Shown here: one piece after another, positions 39,240 through 54,530 of the stretch
Layout of the letters: the number at the start of each line of letters is the position of its first letter
How positions within the stretch are numbered: the stretch's first letter is position 1
Assembly (NCBI GenBank): GCA_951406725.2
Contig: OX597835.1
Coordinates: 24,800,001-24,864,000 of the forward strand
Origin: Octopus vulgaris
Taxonomy: Eukaryota
Direction of reading: 5' to 3'
Length of the DNA stretch: 64,000 bases
Position numbers and translations under genes: made by a program
The notes under the pieces: generated by a model
The model's input: only the letters and a program-made list of their open reading frames with translations
What the model was told of the DNA's origin: nothing
The model's database searches: none

Positions 39240-39800
39240 CTCTCGGTAAACTTGCTCTAAAAGATTATTCTATGAATCTGCCTTAAGCTACGATGAATGC
39301 GTCAAGGCGAGACCAGAATCATTGACATACCTGCACTAAATGGTCGTTATTTATTCCAGATATCACCTGGACATCTGCAGCCCTCGGTGAAGCTACGAAA
39401 TTGTTAGGATGTCGATTAGCCCTCCTTGTTTACAATACTCCGGATACAGTAGTCAATGGGGTTTAAACCTGACGAGTTTGGAAGCCACAAGTTTAATGAT
39501 ACGTCATCGTAAAGAGTGCCTCACATCCATTCTCGAGTTACGTGCGCTGAGTATTGTTCAAACGTGTATGCCCTTCCTCAGCATACTTCATTCACCCAGG
39601 GCCCTTAAGAACTATTCCAGCACCTCAACTTGTCTAGCAGCATTTACTCTGTCACCCTGTGGAAAGATGTGAGGTGACATAATATGACCTTCGCTACTCA
39701 CAGTTGCTGGAAAATTATGCTTCTGTCTGGAGACAGAAGGATCTGCACAGAACCATCTGTCATTTCCCCTGTTAGACTTTTGGTCTTGGCCGAAGTTTTT
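39240..39800 (-). pseudogene. maT/DD37D-type Tc1-mariner transposase remnant
   Basis: FPATVSSEGHIMSPHIFPQGDRVNAARQVEVLE, then SSGLNPIDY (decayed SPDLNP.DY). Confidence 0.7.
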
Positions 39801-39861
39801 TTCATATATACATATACATTTATATATGCATACACCTGCATGCGTGTATGTATGTTTATCA

Positions 39862-40720
39862 AACCTGGGCACCAAACCGTTAATCGTTAATTAACGAAAT
39901 TAACATTTTCGTTAACGATTTAACTCTGGAAATCATTATCAGACTAATTAACTTCCGTTAACTCAAGTTGCTGTGACGATCTTCGGGCTCAAGGACCTGA
40001 AGTCCAAGGGCCTCGTCTACTTTAGCCCCTTGGCCGATGCACATTTTGTAGGCATCGACAAAAGGTTTAGGACCCTCTTGGGGGATAAGGAATGTCAGCT
40101 GGTTGCTACCTTCCTCCCTAGATTTCGCCCCATCTGGTTGGATAAGTATGACAACACCAAGGTCATCGAGATGAGGAAAAGGGGGGGGGGTGTAAGGTCG
40201 AGGAGGCCATGAGGCACCAGTCTGACGAAGTGAGCAGCAACAGTGGAGACGGCAACAACGAAGAGGAGGATGACTTCTTCAGCGGTGTAACCCAACCAAA
40301 AGAGAGCAGCAGGAGCCACAGGTCACTCAAGGACAAGGTCCAGAATTTGGCCAAGACCTGGTTGGAGACCAACTTCAAGGACTTACTGACAGATGCTTCC
40401 TTTTTGGGTGAGCAAGTGTTGGTCGATTTGCTCAAGTTCAACATAGCCATCCCCTCCAATACTGCAGTGGAGCATTTGTTCTCTATGGACATCTTGAGGT
40501 CCAAGAGATCATCCCTGCCTGATGAAAACTTTGACATGCTAATTTTCGTGAAGGGCAACATGCATCTCATGAACAAAATGGAGAACGAGAAAAGGGGGAA
40601 AATTAAATTATGTATATATAGTGTTTTTCATTTTTCAAAATTTTTTAGTTTTTTTACGGCTATTTTATCAATAAACTTATTTAGTTTAATACTAATATTG
40701 TGTTTCATTTGAATGAATTG
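39862..40720 (+). pseudogene. Internally deleted hAT transposon with C-terminal dimerisation domain
   Basis: LLKFNIAIPSNTAVEHLFS...KRSSLPDENFDMLIFVKGN; reiterated gttaa motifs at the left end. Confidence 0.75.
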
Positions 40721-41042
40721 TGGTATCCTTATAGAACCCAAGTGTTTATAATTCTTTTCTTTCTTTGATACAGTTAAAATATTCCCGCCAGGAGCTTCAA
40801 ATTCCCTCCAAAATTACTAATCAAAAGATCTTGCAACATTTAGGCAGTTGGTGATTTCTAGATCGCTGTGTTGCGCACATATGGCAACAATGGCTTCTTG
40901 TCTTTTAATTTCTTGTATTAGAATCTTAACTGCCATAGAGGAACTGAGGGAAATAAAAACCTTTGAAATGGTTTGAAGAGAGTAATATACTGAAAATTAA
41001 GTGTCCACAAGTACCTCTCGCACCTACGTGTGTCTGTGTATG

Positions 41043-41079
<37 letters not shown>

Positions 41080-41083
41080 TTAC

Positions 41084-41115
<32 letters not shown>

Positions 41116-41116
41116 T

Positions 41117-41157
<41 letters not shown>

Positions 41158-41430
41158 GTGTGTGCATGTGTATACATACATATACATGATTGTCTGTTAG
41201 TCTGTTTGTTGGTTCTAATTTACTTAATTTAACAAAATATTGGTTTCATATTTTGGCACAAGGCCAGCAATTTCGAGGAAGCGAGACAATTACATAGATC
41301 CCCTTCCTCGGTGTCCAACTGGTATCTATCGACTCCTTAACGATGAAAGATAAAGTCGACCTCGACAGAATTTGAACTCAGAACATAAAGACGGACGAAA
41401 TGCCGCTAAGCAAAATTTAATATAACGAAG

Positions 41431-41747
41431 GGGCGCGGCTTAGTGGTTAGGGTATTCGGCTCATGATCACAAGGTCGTGAGTTCGATTCCCGGCGGCGCG
41501 TTATGTCCAAGAACAAGACACTTTATTTCACGTTGCTCCAGTTCACTCAGCGGTAGAAATGAGTAGTACCTGTAACTCAAAGGACAAGCCTTGTCACACT
41601 CTGGGTCACGCTGTATCTCCCTGAGAACTACATTAAGGGTACATGAGTCTGTGGAGTACTCAGCCACTTGCATAGTAATTTCACGAGCAGACTGTTCAGT
41701 TTGTTCGGATCAACTGGAACACTCATCGTCGTAACCGACGGAGTAAA
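41431..41747 (+). mobile_element. SINE family C (tRNA head and CORE-like body); relatives at ~38365-38600 and 55633-55880
   Basis: A box ggcttagtgg, B box gttcgattcc, body caagacactttatttcacgttgctccag. Confidence 0.8.
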
Positions 41748-42402
41748 TGCCAGTAAAACTAATAAACATAATAACAGCTTTCGGTCCAGGAAATTACGGT
41801 AAGCAGTTGCTTGTATCACAATTTAGCAAACCTGGTTCGAATCACTGCCTTCTCCGTAATGAGACACGCTCTATTTTTTTTTCTTTTTTAACTTTTACTT
41901 ACTACACTATCAACATCAAGCTCTCACTTCACCAACAAAATCCAATCCGCCTAAATTCCGCAGTTTCATAACCAACCGTTTAAAGGTTCGATCCTTCTGT
42001 GTTTCTCTGTTTCAGATTGCTTATCACGGGACAGTCAGACATCATTTTGGTTTGAATGACAATGGAAAAAAGAAGAAAAAAACAAAGAAAAAACAAAAAC
42101 AAATAAAACCTCTTGAAATCCTATTATACGAATTATCTCGGAGATATAGCATCTGCTGTTGTTACTGATGCTGCTACTGCTGCTGCTGTTGTTGTTTTCG
42201 CTGTTGCCGCCACTAATGTTGTTGTTGTTGTTGCTGGAATTAGTGGTGGTGGTGGTGGTGTTTGTTGTTCAGTGGAAATTCATCTTGCTTGTTTCATTAC
42301 TCTAGTTTATCTCTCCTTTAAGTGTTTATACAAACACACACACATCATATATTATATATCATATATTATATATGTATATACATATATACATACACACACA
42401 TA

Positions 42403-42466
<64 letters not shown>

Positions 42467-43188
42467 CCTTAAAACAAACCACATGTGTTTGATAGCGTTC
42501 ACTAGGGAGAGTCATTTCGAATTAGGCACGTTGAAATCCCATCATATTATTCCTCCACCATCACCACCACCACTACTACCACTATCACAACCACCACCGC
42601 CACCATCACAAACATGGTTTGTTTTGTTTTGTTTTCTTTTCTTTAATATTTTGCAAACAAGAGTATGGCACACCGGCGCTTTCCCCATACACACATACAC
42701 ATAGACACACACACACACACACACACACACACTTCCCTACTTTCCACACCGTTGCTATTCCATTCTCACCACCACCACCACCACTACCATCCTCCATCAT
42801 AGACGGACCGACAGACAGGATGAGACGTTCTGAGAGATAAAGGATAACGGGGAAAAAAACGATTCCTCGGTAACATAAGAATTGAAAGATTCCACGGTAC
42901 ATCCATCCATATAAGCATCTTTTCATTTTGTTTTGATTTTTCGTTCTATTATTATTATTATTATGTATTTTGTATTTTATGTTCTTTTATTCTTTTCTTT
43001 TATTACTTGTTTCAGTCATTTGACTGCGGCCATGCGGTAGCACCGCCTTTAGTCGAGAAACTCGCCCCTCAGGACTTATTCTTTGTAAATCTAGTATTTA
43101 TTCTTTCGGTCTCTTGTGCCGAACCGCTAAATTACGGGACGTAAACATACCAACATCGGTTGTCAAGCAACGTTGGGGGGAGGATAAG

Positions 43189-43238
<50 letters not shown>

Positions 43239-43378
43239 CGGTGGGCTTCTTTCAGTTTCCATCTACCAAATCGTTAACCAGAATTTTTGCATTTTTGTTT
43301 TTGTTGCTTTCTTTAAAAAAAAAAGAGTCTGGTACCTACTCTATTGCTCTCTTTCAATGAACCCCTAACCTACGATTT

Positions 43379-43442
<64 letters not shown>

Positions 43443-43466
43443 CATACATACACACATATATATGTA

Positions 43467-43637
43467 AAGGAGAGGTGCTAAAAAGTTCCTGGCTTCGGGT
43501 AAAAGAAAACAGATTCAGACACTTATTGCAGTAGCCCTTCAGTTTTCTAAGTCCTGTAAAAGAACTTGGAAGGTTGGGCCTCCAACCAAGCCTCTTGGCA
43601 ATACCCTTCCAGCCGGGAACTTTTCAGCAACCCCTCG
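43467..43637. mobile_element. Mariner-type MITE
   Basis: TIRs gtgctaaaaagttcc and ggaactttttcagcaacccctcgTA; same family as 48344-48540. Confidence 0.7.
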
Positions 43638-43674
<37 letters not shown>

Positions 43675-43803
43675 CACGGGATTCCACACAGTTTCCGACT
43701 ACCAAATTCACTCATGAAGCACTTGTGAGCCCGAAACCACACAGTTGCAAAACCTGCACCGATATCTGTTATATATTTATTTATTGTTATTTTTTTTGTA
43801 ATA

Positions 43804-45430
43804 TCTCGTGCAAAATGAGAGAACGATTAAATTCCTTCAGAAATTTCTGGAAATTTTAGACATTGTTTACACTTGCAGGCTCAACATTACTACCGAATAT
43901 GGCACACAATACTAAAGTTACTCCCGACCTCGGAAAAGAAATTGTCAAGATGAAAGTTTCAGGAATGATTCTTTCGGCTATTTCACGAAACGTAAGAAGA
44001 TCTAAGAGTGTAATTTCACGTGTTCTTAAGCTCTATGAAGAAACCAAAGGCTTTGAACTGAACAAGGCGACTGGTAGACCACGCAAAACCACCATGCGAG
44101 ATGATCGAGCCATGAAATGGTACGTAATGAAGGATCCGTTCGAGACTGCGGCTGGAATTTCTAAGAAAATAAAAGTAAATAGTGGCACGAAAGTGAGCCC
44201 CTTTACAGTGATTCGTCGTCTGAAGGAATTTGGATTAAAGACTTGTTATCCGGCAACGAAACCTACCATCATCAAGAAGAATAAATTGGAAAAACTTTCA
44301 TTTGTAGAAGCTCATGTGAACTGGAGGGATGAAACTTGTTCAAAAGTTCATTTTAGCAATGAAAGCAAATTCAATTTAGTAGGTTCATATGGTAGACAGT
44401 ATGTTAGGCGCTTCACAGGAGATTGGCTAAATTCCAAAGGCTGAAGAAATCTGTCAAGTTTAGAGGAGGAAGCGTCATGGTGTGGGGAATGATTTCTTCT
44501 GAAGGAGTTGGCCCTCTAGTGCAGATTAAAGTGACTATTAATGCTAATATCTATTTGAATATAGTCAAACAGCATCTGATCCCATCATTACGAGCATTTC
44601 CGAATCAACCGTGCATTTTCATACAAGGTAACTTCCCTTGTCAAACTGCAAAGCGTGTCACTAGATTCTTTAGTGAACAAAAGATCCAAGCAATGAAGTG
44701 GCCAACATAAAGTCCATGCTTAAATCCAATTGAAAACCTTCAGAAGATACTTGGAAACAAAGTAACACAAAGGGCACCAACTACTACGACGAATTTATGG
44801 AGATATTAGAAGAGGAATGGAAGAAAGTAACACCTGACTTGTGCAGGAAACTTGTTATGTTCTATAGCAATCGATGTGCAGAGGTGATGTCCAACAAAGG
44901 TCTATAAAACTTCATACTAACTGTATTCAGTTCATATTTACATTTCTTTCAATCATTATTATGGTTTTGAGTTAATTGAAGCATTTTTTGGTTTGATTGT
45001 CCTCTTATTTTGCACATGAGACATTTAGACGAAACTAGTATTAGTGCTGGTAGAATCGTTAGCACACCGGGCGAAATGCTTAGCGGTATTTCGTCTGCCG
45101 TTATGTTCTGAGTTCAAATTCCATTGAGGTCGACTTTGCCTTTCATCCTTTCGGGGTCGATTAAATATGTATCAGTTACGCACTGGAGTCGATATAATCG
45201 ACTTAATCCGTTTGTCTGTCCTTGCTTGTCCTCTCTGTGTTTAGCCCCTTGTGGGTAGTAAAGAAATAAGTATTAGTGTTAGTAACTTTTATTAATACCA
45301 TTGTTACAAACAGATTTTTCACAGAATTTAGATAATGGTTAATCATATTTACGAAACCAATTTCTACGTTTACTAGCTTTTCCGAAATAAAAAAAAATAT
45401 TAATCGTTCTCTTTTTTTAGCTCGCTACTG
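43804..45430 (+). mobile_element. Tc1-family transposon, transposase pseudogene (~43900-44920)
   Basis: GRPRKTT, VHFSNESKFNL, GGSVMVWG, KWPT*SPCLNPIENL; inverted motifs at 43804-43831 and 44992-45021; Tc1-like end ctactgTA at 45430. Confidence 0.88.
45047..45268 (+). mobile_element. SINE family B inserted in the Tc1 right end
   Basis: 10-bp TSD agtattagtg (45037-45046, 45269-45278). Confidence 0.88.
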
Positions 45431-45633
45431 TATATACTAGACTAAAAATATCTATACATCAAGAAATTTGTAGGTGGGTTATGTTGCCGAATTGGATACG
45501 CGTGAAGCCAAGTAAGCATTGACGTAGTGTTCACTTCCCAATGGTTCGGCTCATCTTTCTTTTTCAGTCAATTGTTTAGATTTAGTCGCTCAAATTGGAG
45601 CATATTATTAAAAAACTATATATAATTACAGTC

Positions 45634-45693
<60 letters not shown>

Positions 45694-46720
45694 TACTTTT
45701 TATGTATTGCATATCAAGGAGGCGAGCTGACAAAGTCGTTAGCACGCCGGGCGAAATGCTTCGCAGCATTTCGTCCATATTTCCGTTCCGCGATCGTCTT
45801 TGCCATAACTACGCAGTTTCTCCTCTCTGTCCCAAGTCACTGTATTCCTCTTCTATTTTTTCATTATTTCAGTTCTCCCTATCAGGAAGGAAATAATTTC
45901 TAACAAAAGTACAAAGCTTTATCGTTGAAATGCAGATAACAAAATCAATGTCATATTTTGATCTTAAATATCTTGCATATTTTTTGCTGTTCCGCTTACA
46001 AATTGCATTTATAATGAGCGCGTTAGGTGATTGATTTATGAGTTTGAAAACCACCAGCTTTTGCAGATTGTCATTTAAGCATCTTCTCACAAAACCATAT
46101 ATATATTAGAACATTATGATAACCAGAAATGTGAACCCTTCTTAAGTTTCTTTCTGGTGAAAAGATGTTGCCTTGGATTTCCTTAATGGATTGTACATTA
46201 ACGATGTGAAGCAGCATCCTTTGAAACGATCGTAGGGATGAGCTTGAATGGACTCTGTTCTGGTTATCTTACATTTTATTTTTTTATATTTATATTCTTA
46301 TATTTTTATATATTTATATTATTTCAGCTCCATTGCCTCAAATTTTTAGCCGCCTTTATTATGCATGGATTTATTCCATATATTTTTCTTCATTCCACTT
46401 CACTCGTATTACCCGTTTAGGTTTTATCACCTTTTATTCGTGTATACGTGTATATTTTATACTGTTGGGTTTTACTATTAGATGCCCTATTATTTTAATA
46501 TATATATATATATTCGATTTTTGATAATTTGGGAAAGATATAAAGTTGTTTTGACCGATTGGAGCGTTAATTCATTACAACATTCAATTTATTTCTCCAT
46601 TCGCCTTAGTGTCACCTGACCACTTCCAGCTACAGTCCTATTTTTATCTTTATTTTTATTTTTGCTCTTCGGTTTAACGAAATTGGTTTTCGGTTTGACG
46701 AAGTTAGAAAATGATTCTCT

Positions 46721-46785
<65 letters not shown>

Positions 46786-46967
46786 ATATATGTATGTATG
46801 AATGTATGTATGTATATAGACAACTGATGAAGAGTCCTTTTTCCGTGTTTACTTGTCCTGTTTTCCATTTTTATCCTATTGTTTATTCAATTCACTCGTT
46901 TGTCCTTTGTTTGTTTACGTTTTCCATGTTACATGCACCGTTGGTGACGTCCTGTACCCAAATGTGC

Positions 46968-47021
<54 letters not shown>

Positions 47022-47099
47022 CTTTCCACCGACATCCGAAACTCAGAGTTTTATCATGGCTACCGAATAATTGTCACATATTACATTTACAGAAATGTA

Positions 47100-48190
<1,091 letters not shown>

Positions 48191-48343
48191 ATATTAGAAG
48201 CTAGCAATTTGGTTTTTGTGATTGTTGTTTCTGGTTTTGTTATTGTTGTCTTGGATGTTAGTATGCATTTAATTATTATGTTTACGGTTTAGCTTCGCGT
48301 TTAGATTCAATATTATTACTAACCCGAAAAATATGTGCACATA

Positions 48344-48540
48344 CAAGAGGGTGCTGAAAAGCTCTTGGCTTTGGGTAAAAGAAAATACAGGAGGATCAAA
48401 TTAATTATGCTTTTATTCAACATATTCCCCTCTCGGATTCATACAGTTATTGCAGCAGTCCTTCACTTTTTCTAAGCCCTGTAAAAGAACTCGCAAGATT
48501 GGGCCTCCTTTAAAACGAGGAACTTTTTAGCACCCCCTCG
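48344..48540. mobile_element. Mariner-type MITE
   Basis: TA caagagggtgctgaaaag ... ctttttagcaccccctcg TA. Confidence 0.75.
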
Positions 48541-50223
48541 TAAATATAAATGTTTGAGCAGAATGTTATTTCTACACAAAATCATATTTCGTGATTTTGT
48601 GCATATGAGATAGACAGACAGACAGACAGATAGATGGATCGATCGATCGAAGGATAGATAGATATATACATACATATATACATACATAGGAGAGACAGAA
48701 GACAGCCAGCCAGACAGACAGACAAACTTATGGCACAAATATATGAGCTGGACTTCCACACAGTTTCCGCTCACCGAATTAACTCACAACGCACTGGTCG
48801 GCCCTAGACTATATTAGAAGACGCTTGCCCAAGTTGCCACGTGGTGAGACTGAACCTTAAACCGCGTTGTTGCAAAACGAGTTTCTTAACCGCACGACCT
48901 GTGTCTATGCTGAAGAAACTGTAGGCGTATCGTGTATGAAAACGGTTTGCAGTTGATTGCGTGCGTATGGAGGGCCGCTTACAACAGTGCATGGCGTTTA
49001 TGCATCGGTAGTTTGTTGAAACGCTTGCATGTAGAGATGTACGCCTAACTGTCTTTGCAAGCAGGTATGCTGCCATGTGTACCACTGTAATAGCATTTTG
49101 ATGCGAGTTACTTTTATCTTTTATTTGTGTTAGTCGTTGGACTGCGACCATGCTGGGGCACCAACTTGTACGATGGATTTTCATTTGAATGAATCGACCC
49201 CAGTACAAAATTTTCCCCCCTTTTAAGCCAAGTATCGGTGACGTAAACACTCCACCAAAGGCTGCCAAGCAATGGTAGGGGACACACACAGAGAAAAAGA
49301 TAGACACACACATAAATAAACATATATATGTATATACACGATGGGCTTCTTTCAGTTTCTGTCTACCAAATCCACCCACAAGGTTTTGGTCGGACAAAAA
49401 CGATAGTAGAAGATACGTGCCTAAGGTGTCACATAGTAGAATTGAACGCGAAACCATGTGGTTGGGAAGTAAATTTACCATACAGCCAAACTTGTCTGCT
49501 ATTTTTTAACCAGTGGACTCCTAAGACTGCTTTCCCGATCTCCATGGCGTGCAAAGTGATCGAGATCGCAGCATACCCCTTAAACGAAACGCCAGTAATT
49601 TTGCGGGAAGGTACTTAACAGGCATTTTATTTTATCGACCCCACTCTGGAAAGAGATAAAAGGCAAAACTTGCACTCAGCGTGATTTGAACTCAGATGAA
49701 ATGCCACGAAGCATTTTTCTAGACTCGCTACCAAATCTGACAGCTCTACGCCTTGGATTCAAGTATTACTTCTTTATTAATGTCGTTATAAGTTTAGTAA
49801 GCTATTTTATGTTTTTTTTTTTTTTTTCTGTTTCAGCTATGTTAAAATGCTTCGCGGCATATCGTCCGTCTTTACAGTCTGAGTTCAAATTCTGTCGAGG
49901 TCGACTTTACTTTCCATCTTTTAAGGGTCGATAAAATAAATACCAGTTGAGTAATTGGGTCAATGAAATTGACTTGTAACTTCCACTAAAGTTGCTGGCT
50001 TTGCGCAAAATTTGAAGCCAGTAATTTATTGCATGTGCATCTACCTGTTTCATACACAACTTTACTCTTATCAGAATATATTTCCGTTTGTTGTGTTTTT
50101 GTTAAATTTTATATATATATATTGACCTTGACCGACCAGGCCGTCGGGCGTCCATTTGACACCGCTGATCACAGCACGCTGTCTACTCCTCTCTGGATCG
50201 CGCTTTTCTCTTCTACGTGATCC

Positions 50224-50317
<94 letters not shown>

Positions 50318-50319
<2 letters not shown>

Positions 50320-50527
50320 AACATGTGACCTCGTGAGCACCGCCAGCAATTTTTTTCCTCTGTCTTCCCTTCTCGGGATCTTTCCTTCTCCTTTGTTTCC
50401 GATGAAGAGCTCCGCTCGAAACGTTAAACCCACCTTCCCTTCTTTCCTGAGCGTCCAATAATACTTTATTTGTTCCACGTCCTCGCGTTGGTGTGGTTTT
50501 TTTTGTGTTTTCTTGTTTTGATTAACT
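50318..50527 (+). mobile_element. PLE-related terminal repeat in (TA)n
   Basis: Homolog of 18596-18800; shares the GAGC/GCTC-GAAACGTT block with the PLE 3' end. Confidence 0.75.
50395..50429 (+). ncRNA. Minimal type I HHR motif (core variant CCGAUGA)
   Basis: GTTT CCGATGA A GAGC TCC GCTC GAAAC GTT AAAC. Confidence 0.68.
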
Positions 50528-50638
50528 ATATATATATATATATATAATATTAATTCGAGACAAAACCACTATTTTGCAAAACAAACAAGGAAAGACTTAA
50601 TCAATACATAAAAAATTTTAATATAAAGAAATAAACCG

Positions 50639-50681
50639 CCACTACAATCGTTTCATGTCTTCAATGACATTCGTCAGGTGG
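50639..50681 (-). ncRNA. Type I HHR, mirror copy in the left arm
   Basis: Exact reverse complement of 50735-50777. Confidence 0.8.
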
Positions 50682-50734
50682 ATTTTCGATCTCCTAATCT
50701 GTTTTAATTTAAAACAGATTAGGAGATCGAAAAT

Positions 50735-50777
50735 CCACCTGACGAATGTCATTGAAGACATGAAACGATTGTAGTGG
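50735..50777 (+). ncRNA. Type I hammerhead ribozyme with canonical core
   Basis: CCAC CTGACGA ATGTC attgaa GACAT GAAAC gatt GTA GTGG: stems I, II and short III; predicted cleavage after GUA at 50773. Confidence 0.82.
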
Positions 50778-50949
50778 CGGTTTATTTCTTTATATTAAAA
50801 TTTTTTATGTATTGATTAAGTCTTTCCTTGTTTGTTTTGCAAAATAGTGGTTTTGTCTCGAATTAATATTATATAATATTTTACTATAAAATTGGATTTA
50901 ATCCTAAATCTGCTTTTTTCCCTGTAAATTTGGATTTATTCCCTAATAT

Positions 50950-51031
<82 letters not shown>

Positions 51032-51832
51032 TAATTCTCTCATTCTTTTACATGTTTCATTCATTGGATGGTGTCCATGCTGGAGCACTGCAGTACAGTA
51101 CCATCACCACCATGGCCACCAAAACATTATCACTTCTATCGTCACCAACATGCCAGAACCACCTGTGTCAGTATGAGCTGACGGAAGGCTCGCCCGTATG
51201 TGGTCGCTTGAAAAATTAGAAATAGACGCTAAATCTATTCACATTGCAGCCTACTCTCTTCAGATGAAGGAACGTAGTTAGTCCAATATATCTCATATTC
51301 ATCATCATTACCACCACCACCACCACCACCACGCACTACAACAACCACCACTACCACCATCAGCAACACTGTCATCATCATTTTCGTTATCAAACATTGC
51401 TGATGTTGTCGTCATCATCATCATCATCATCATCATCAATGTTATCATCATCATTGTCATCATCATATTTATTAACAAAGCTATCATCGTCATCATCGCT
51501 GTCCTCCTCCTCCTCCTCATCATCATCATCATCACCATCACCACTACTACCACCACCATCATTATTACGCATATGTTTTTCAACAGATTGTTCCCAATAT
51601 TTTCGCTTTGTCTTTTGTTTTTTTTTGTTTGTAGCAGATGTAGAAAGAAGAAAGGGGGTAAAAAGAGAGGGGGGCAACGAGAAGAGGTAGCTTGTCAGAA
51701 AGAATAAAGGAAAAAGGATAGAAGGAAGTGAGAAAAGGAAAGGGAGAAAGTCATAGAACAGAGAGAGAAGGAGAGAAAGAAATTATATATACGTGTGAGT
51801 GTGTGTGTGTGTGTGTGTGTGTATGTATAACG

Positions 51833-51888
<56 letters not shown>

Positions 51889-51945
51889 AAGGAGTTACAA
51901 TAGCGGAAAGAGAAGAGATCAAGATAAACAGTTACACAGACACAC

Positions 51946-52032
<87 letters not shown>

Positions 52033-52551
52033 GAACGAGAAAAACGTGAGGCGAACTTGCTGGAAAGGATATCGGGTAAAAAGCAATATGGCGTAAAAAC
52101 GGCAACTAATTATGTTTCTCTTCATTTTGGTCAGATTATAGCCACCGGAAGCAGATGGCGTCTAAATTTCCTTCATACTCCGCCATATTGCCTTTCTGTA
52201 TCCCCTTTCACACCAAACACACTCACACTACGCCCCACATTTTACCTCAACTTACAGTTTCTCTGTTTCTTTGTATTTTTCTCTTTATTTCTCCTTCTCT
52301 CTGTTTTTATCTCTCTCTCGCTCACACTTACTCTCTCATTCGTCTCTCCTTCTTTCAACCCCTCACTCTCTCTTTCTCTCTCTGTTTTTCACTACCCTAT
52401 CATTACCTCTCCTTTTCTCTCTTTTTCGATCTGTGTCTCTTTTTATCTCTCTTGCTCTCTATCGTACTCCCTGCTTTTCATTCAATCAATCACGATTTCT
52501 CCTTTTCTCTCTTTCTATTTCTTTCTCTCTCTCTCTCTCTATCTATCTATC

Positions 52552-52605
<54 letters not shown>

Positions 52606-52803
52606 ACAGTCAATCTACTTCTCTCTCTTTGTTCTCTCGCTTTTTCACCTAACCTCTTACCCTGTCTCTGTCAATGTCTCCTTTTCACTCTCTCGCACTC
52701 TCACTCACTGACTCTCTTACATTCTCTCCCGTTCACTTTTTCTCTCGTTCTCTCTCTCCTCTATCTATCTACTATCTATCTATCTGACTGTCTCTCTCTC
52801 TCC

Positions 52804-52874
<71 letters not shown>

Positions 52875-53340
52875 CACCAATCTATATGTATCTATCTCTA
52901 TCCATCTTTTACTCTCTCTCTCTCTCTCTCTTTCTCTTATTCTCTCTTTCATACTATCTCTCACCTTCTCTCACTTCAGTCTCTCAGTCATTCTATCCCT
53001 CTTTATACTTCACACTAACTAATGCACAAACAAAACAATATGTCTGACTTTATACTTTATCGCTCTCCTATGGCAAATAAATTCTCAACGCCTTTCTATT
53101 GTTTTGTTTTGTATTTTATTTTATTTTTTCGTCTTCCCGTTCGTTGCTCTTCCAAGGAAAGATGGCAGCCGTTGCCACTGCCAGAGAACAACGTAAAACA
53201 CACACCTAAACAGGATGTATAAATTGGCTGCGGATATATATCGTGTGCGTGTGTGTGTGAATGCTTTGGGTGGGTGTATGTGTGTGTGAGCATCGTATAC
53301 ATGTGTGTGTGCGAGCATATTAGTACACACATATTGCATG

Positions 53341-53384
<44 letters not shown>

Positions 53385-53795
53385 GCAAACGTACATATAT
53401 ACATGAATACAACGATGTATACACATAAATAGAAGCGTGTATGATCATGCGTTTAAGATAGCTGCATAGATATCGTGATGGGTAGACAGATAAATTTGGC
53501 AGGTATATACGGGGTGCGAGAGGTATTTGAGGACATATTTGGTAATTTAATTAAACAGCTCAAATTTAGCAAATGCTGAATCTATTTTAATATATATTTG
53601 TGCACAAGTCGCAGGCGTGGCTATGTGGCTGTGTAGTAAGAAGCCTGCTTCCCAACCATATGGTTCAGGGTTCAGTCCCATTGCGAAGCCTGTCGTGTGT
53701 GGTTAGAAGATTGCTTCCCAACTACATGGTTCCGGACTCACCTTGAGCAAACCTTGTGAGTGGATTTGATGGACGGTAACTGAAAGAAGACCGTC

Positions 53796-53834
<39 letters not shown>

Positions 53835-54214
53835 TGTTTGTGTTAGTCCTCTACCCCTATCATTGCATGACGACCGATGTTGGTGTGTTCATGTCCCCGA
53901 AACCTATCAGTTCGGCAAAAGATTCCAATAAAATAAATATTAGTTCTTACAAAGAACAAGTCCTGGGGCCGATTTCTTCGACTAAAAGCAGTGCTCCAGC
54001 ATGGCCGCAGTCAAATGATTGAAACGTGTAAAAGAGTAACAGGGTAAGTCCACGTTAAGCTTTCTTATAAGATTATCTCTATGACTTCGATGACTGCTCC
54101 AGCGCGGGACCGAAAACGTTGACAGGATTTCAAAATAAGGTGAGTTTGGAAGACACAAGTTTGGTGTCACGTGACCATGAATAGTCTGTCATAAACACAG
54201 TTCGTGAGTCACGC

Positions 54215-54530
54215 GTGTCGTGTGAGAAGGTGCTGAGTTGAACCATGTATGCCCTTCCTCTGCGTACTTCATTCACCTAGGGACCTTAACAACTATTCCA
54301 GCACTTTATCTTATCCGGCAGCATTAATTCGATGACCCTGTGGAAAGATGTGAAGTGGCAGCCATGATCTTCACTACTCACTACTCCTAAAACGCTCACA
54401 GTTGCTGGAAACTTTAGGGTTCATCATTCTGGGGACAATGGAAAGATCGCCAGGCAATCAATCATCTGCCGTTTCTTGTGTTAGATTTTTGGTCTTGGTT
54501 GAAGTTTTTCTTGTCAAAGAGGAACTGGGA
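54215..54530 (-). pseudogene. maT/DD37D-type transposase remnant
   Basis: Collinear with ~39540-39800. Confidence 0.6.

Larger units (their letters stand above)
50541..50875. repeat. Perfect palindrome, 167-bp arms around one central base (50708), plus a ~85-bp unique tail
   Basis: Base-by-base reading found no mismatch between arms; (TA)n on both sides of the unit. Confidence 0.93.

Noticed and set aside
41431-41500. tRNA gene (also 55633-55705)
   Set aside because: A and B boxes are present but the acceptor stem is poor and the sequence runs into a repeated SINE body.
41990-42110. Strong plus-strand splice acceptor at 42015
   Set aside because: No convincing reading frame or downstream donor; not supportable without transcript data.
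51300-51580. Asp/Glu-rich and Gly-rich ORFs (also 57960-58310)
   Set aside because: Degenerate (CAT)n/(CAC)n trinucleotide arrays open in several frames; no independent coding evidence.
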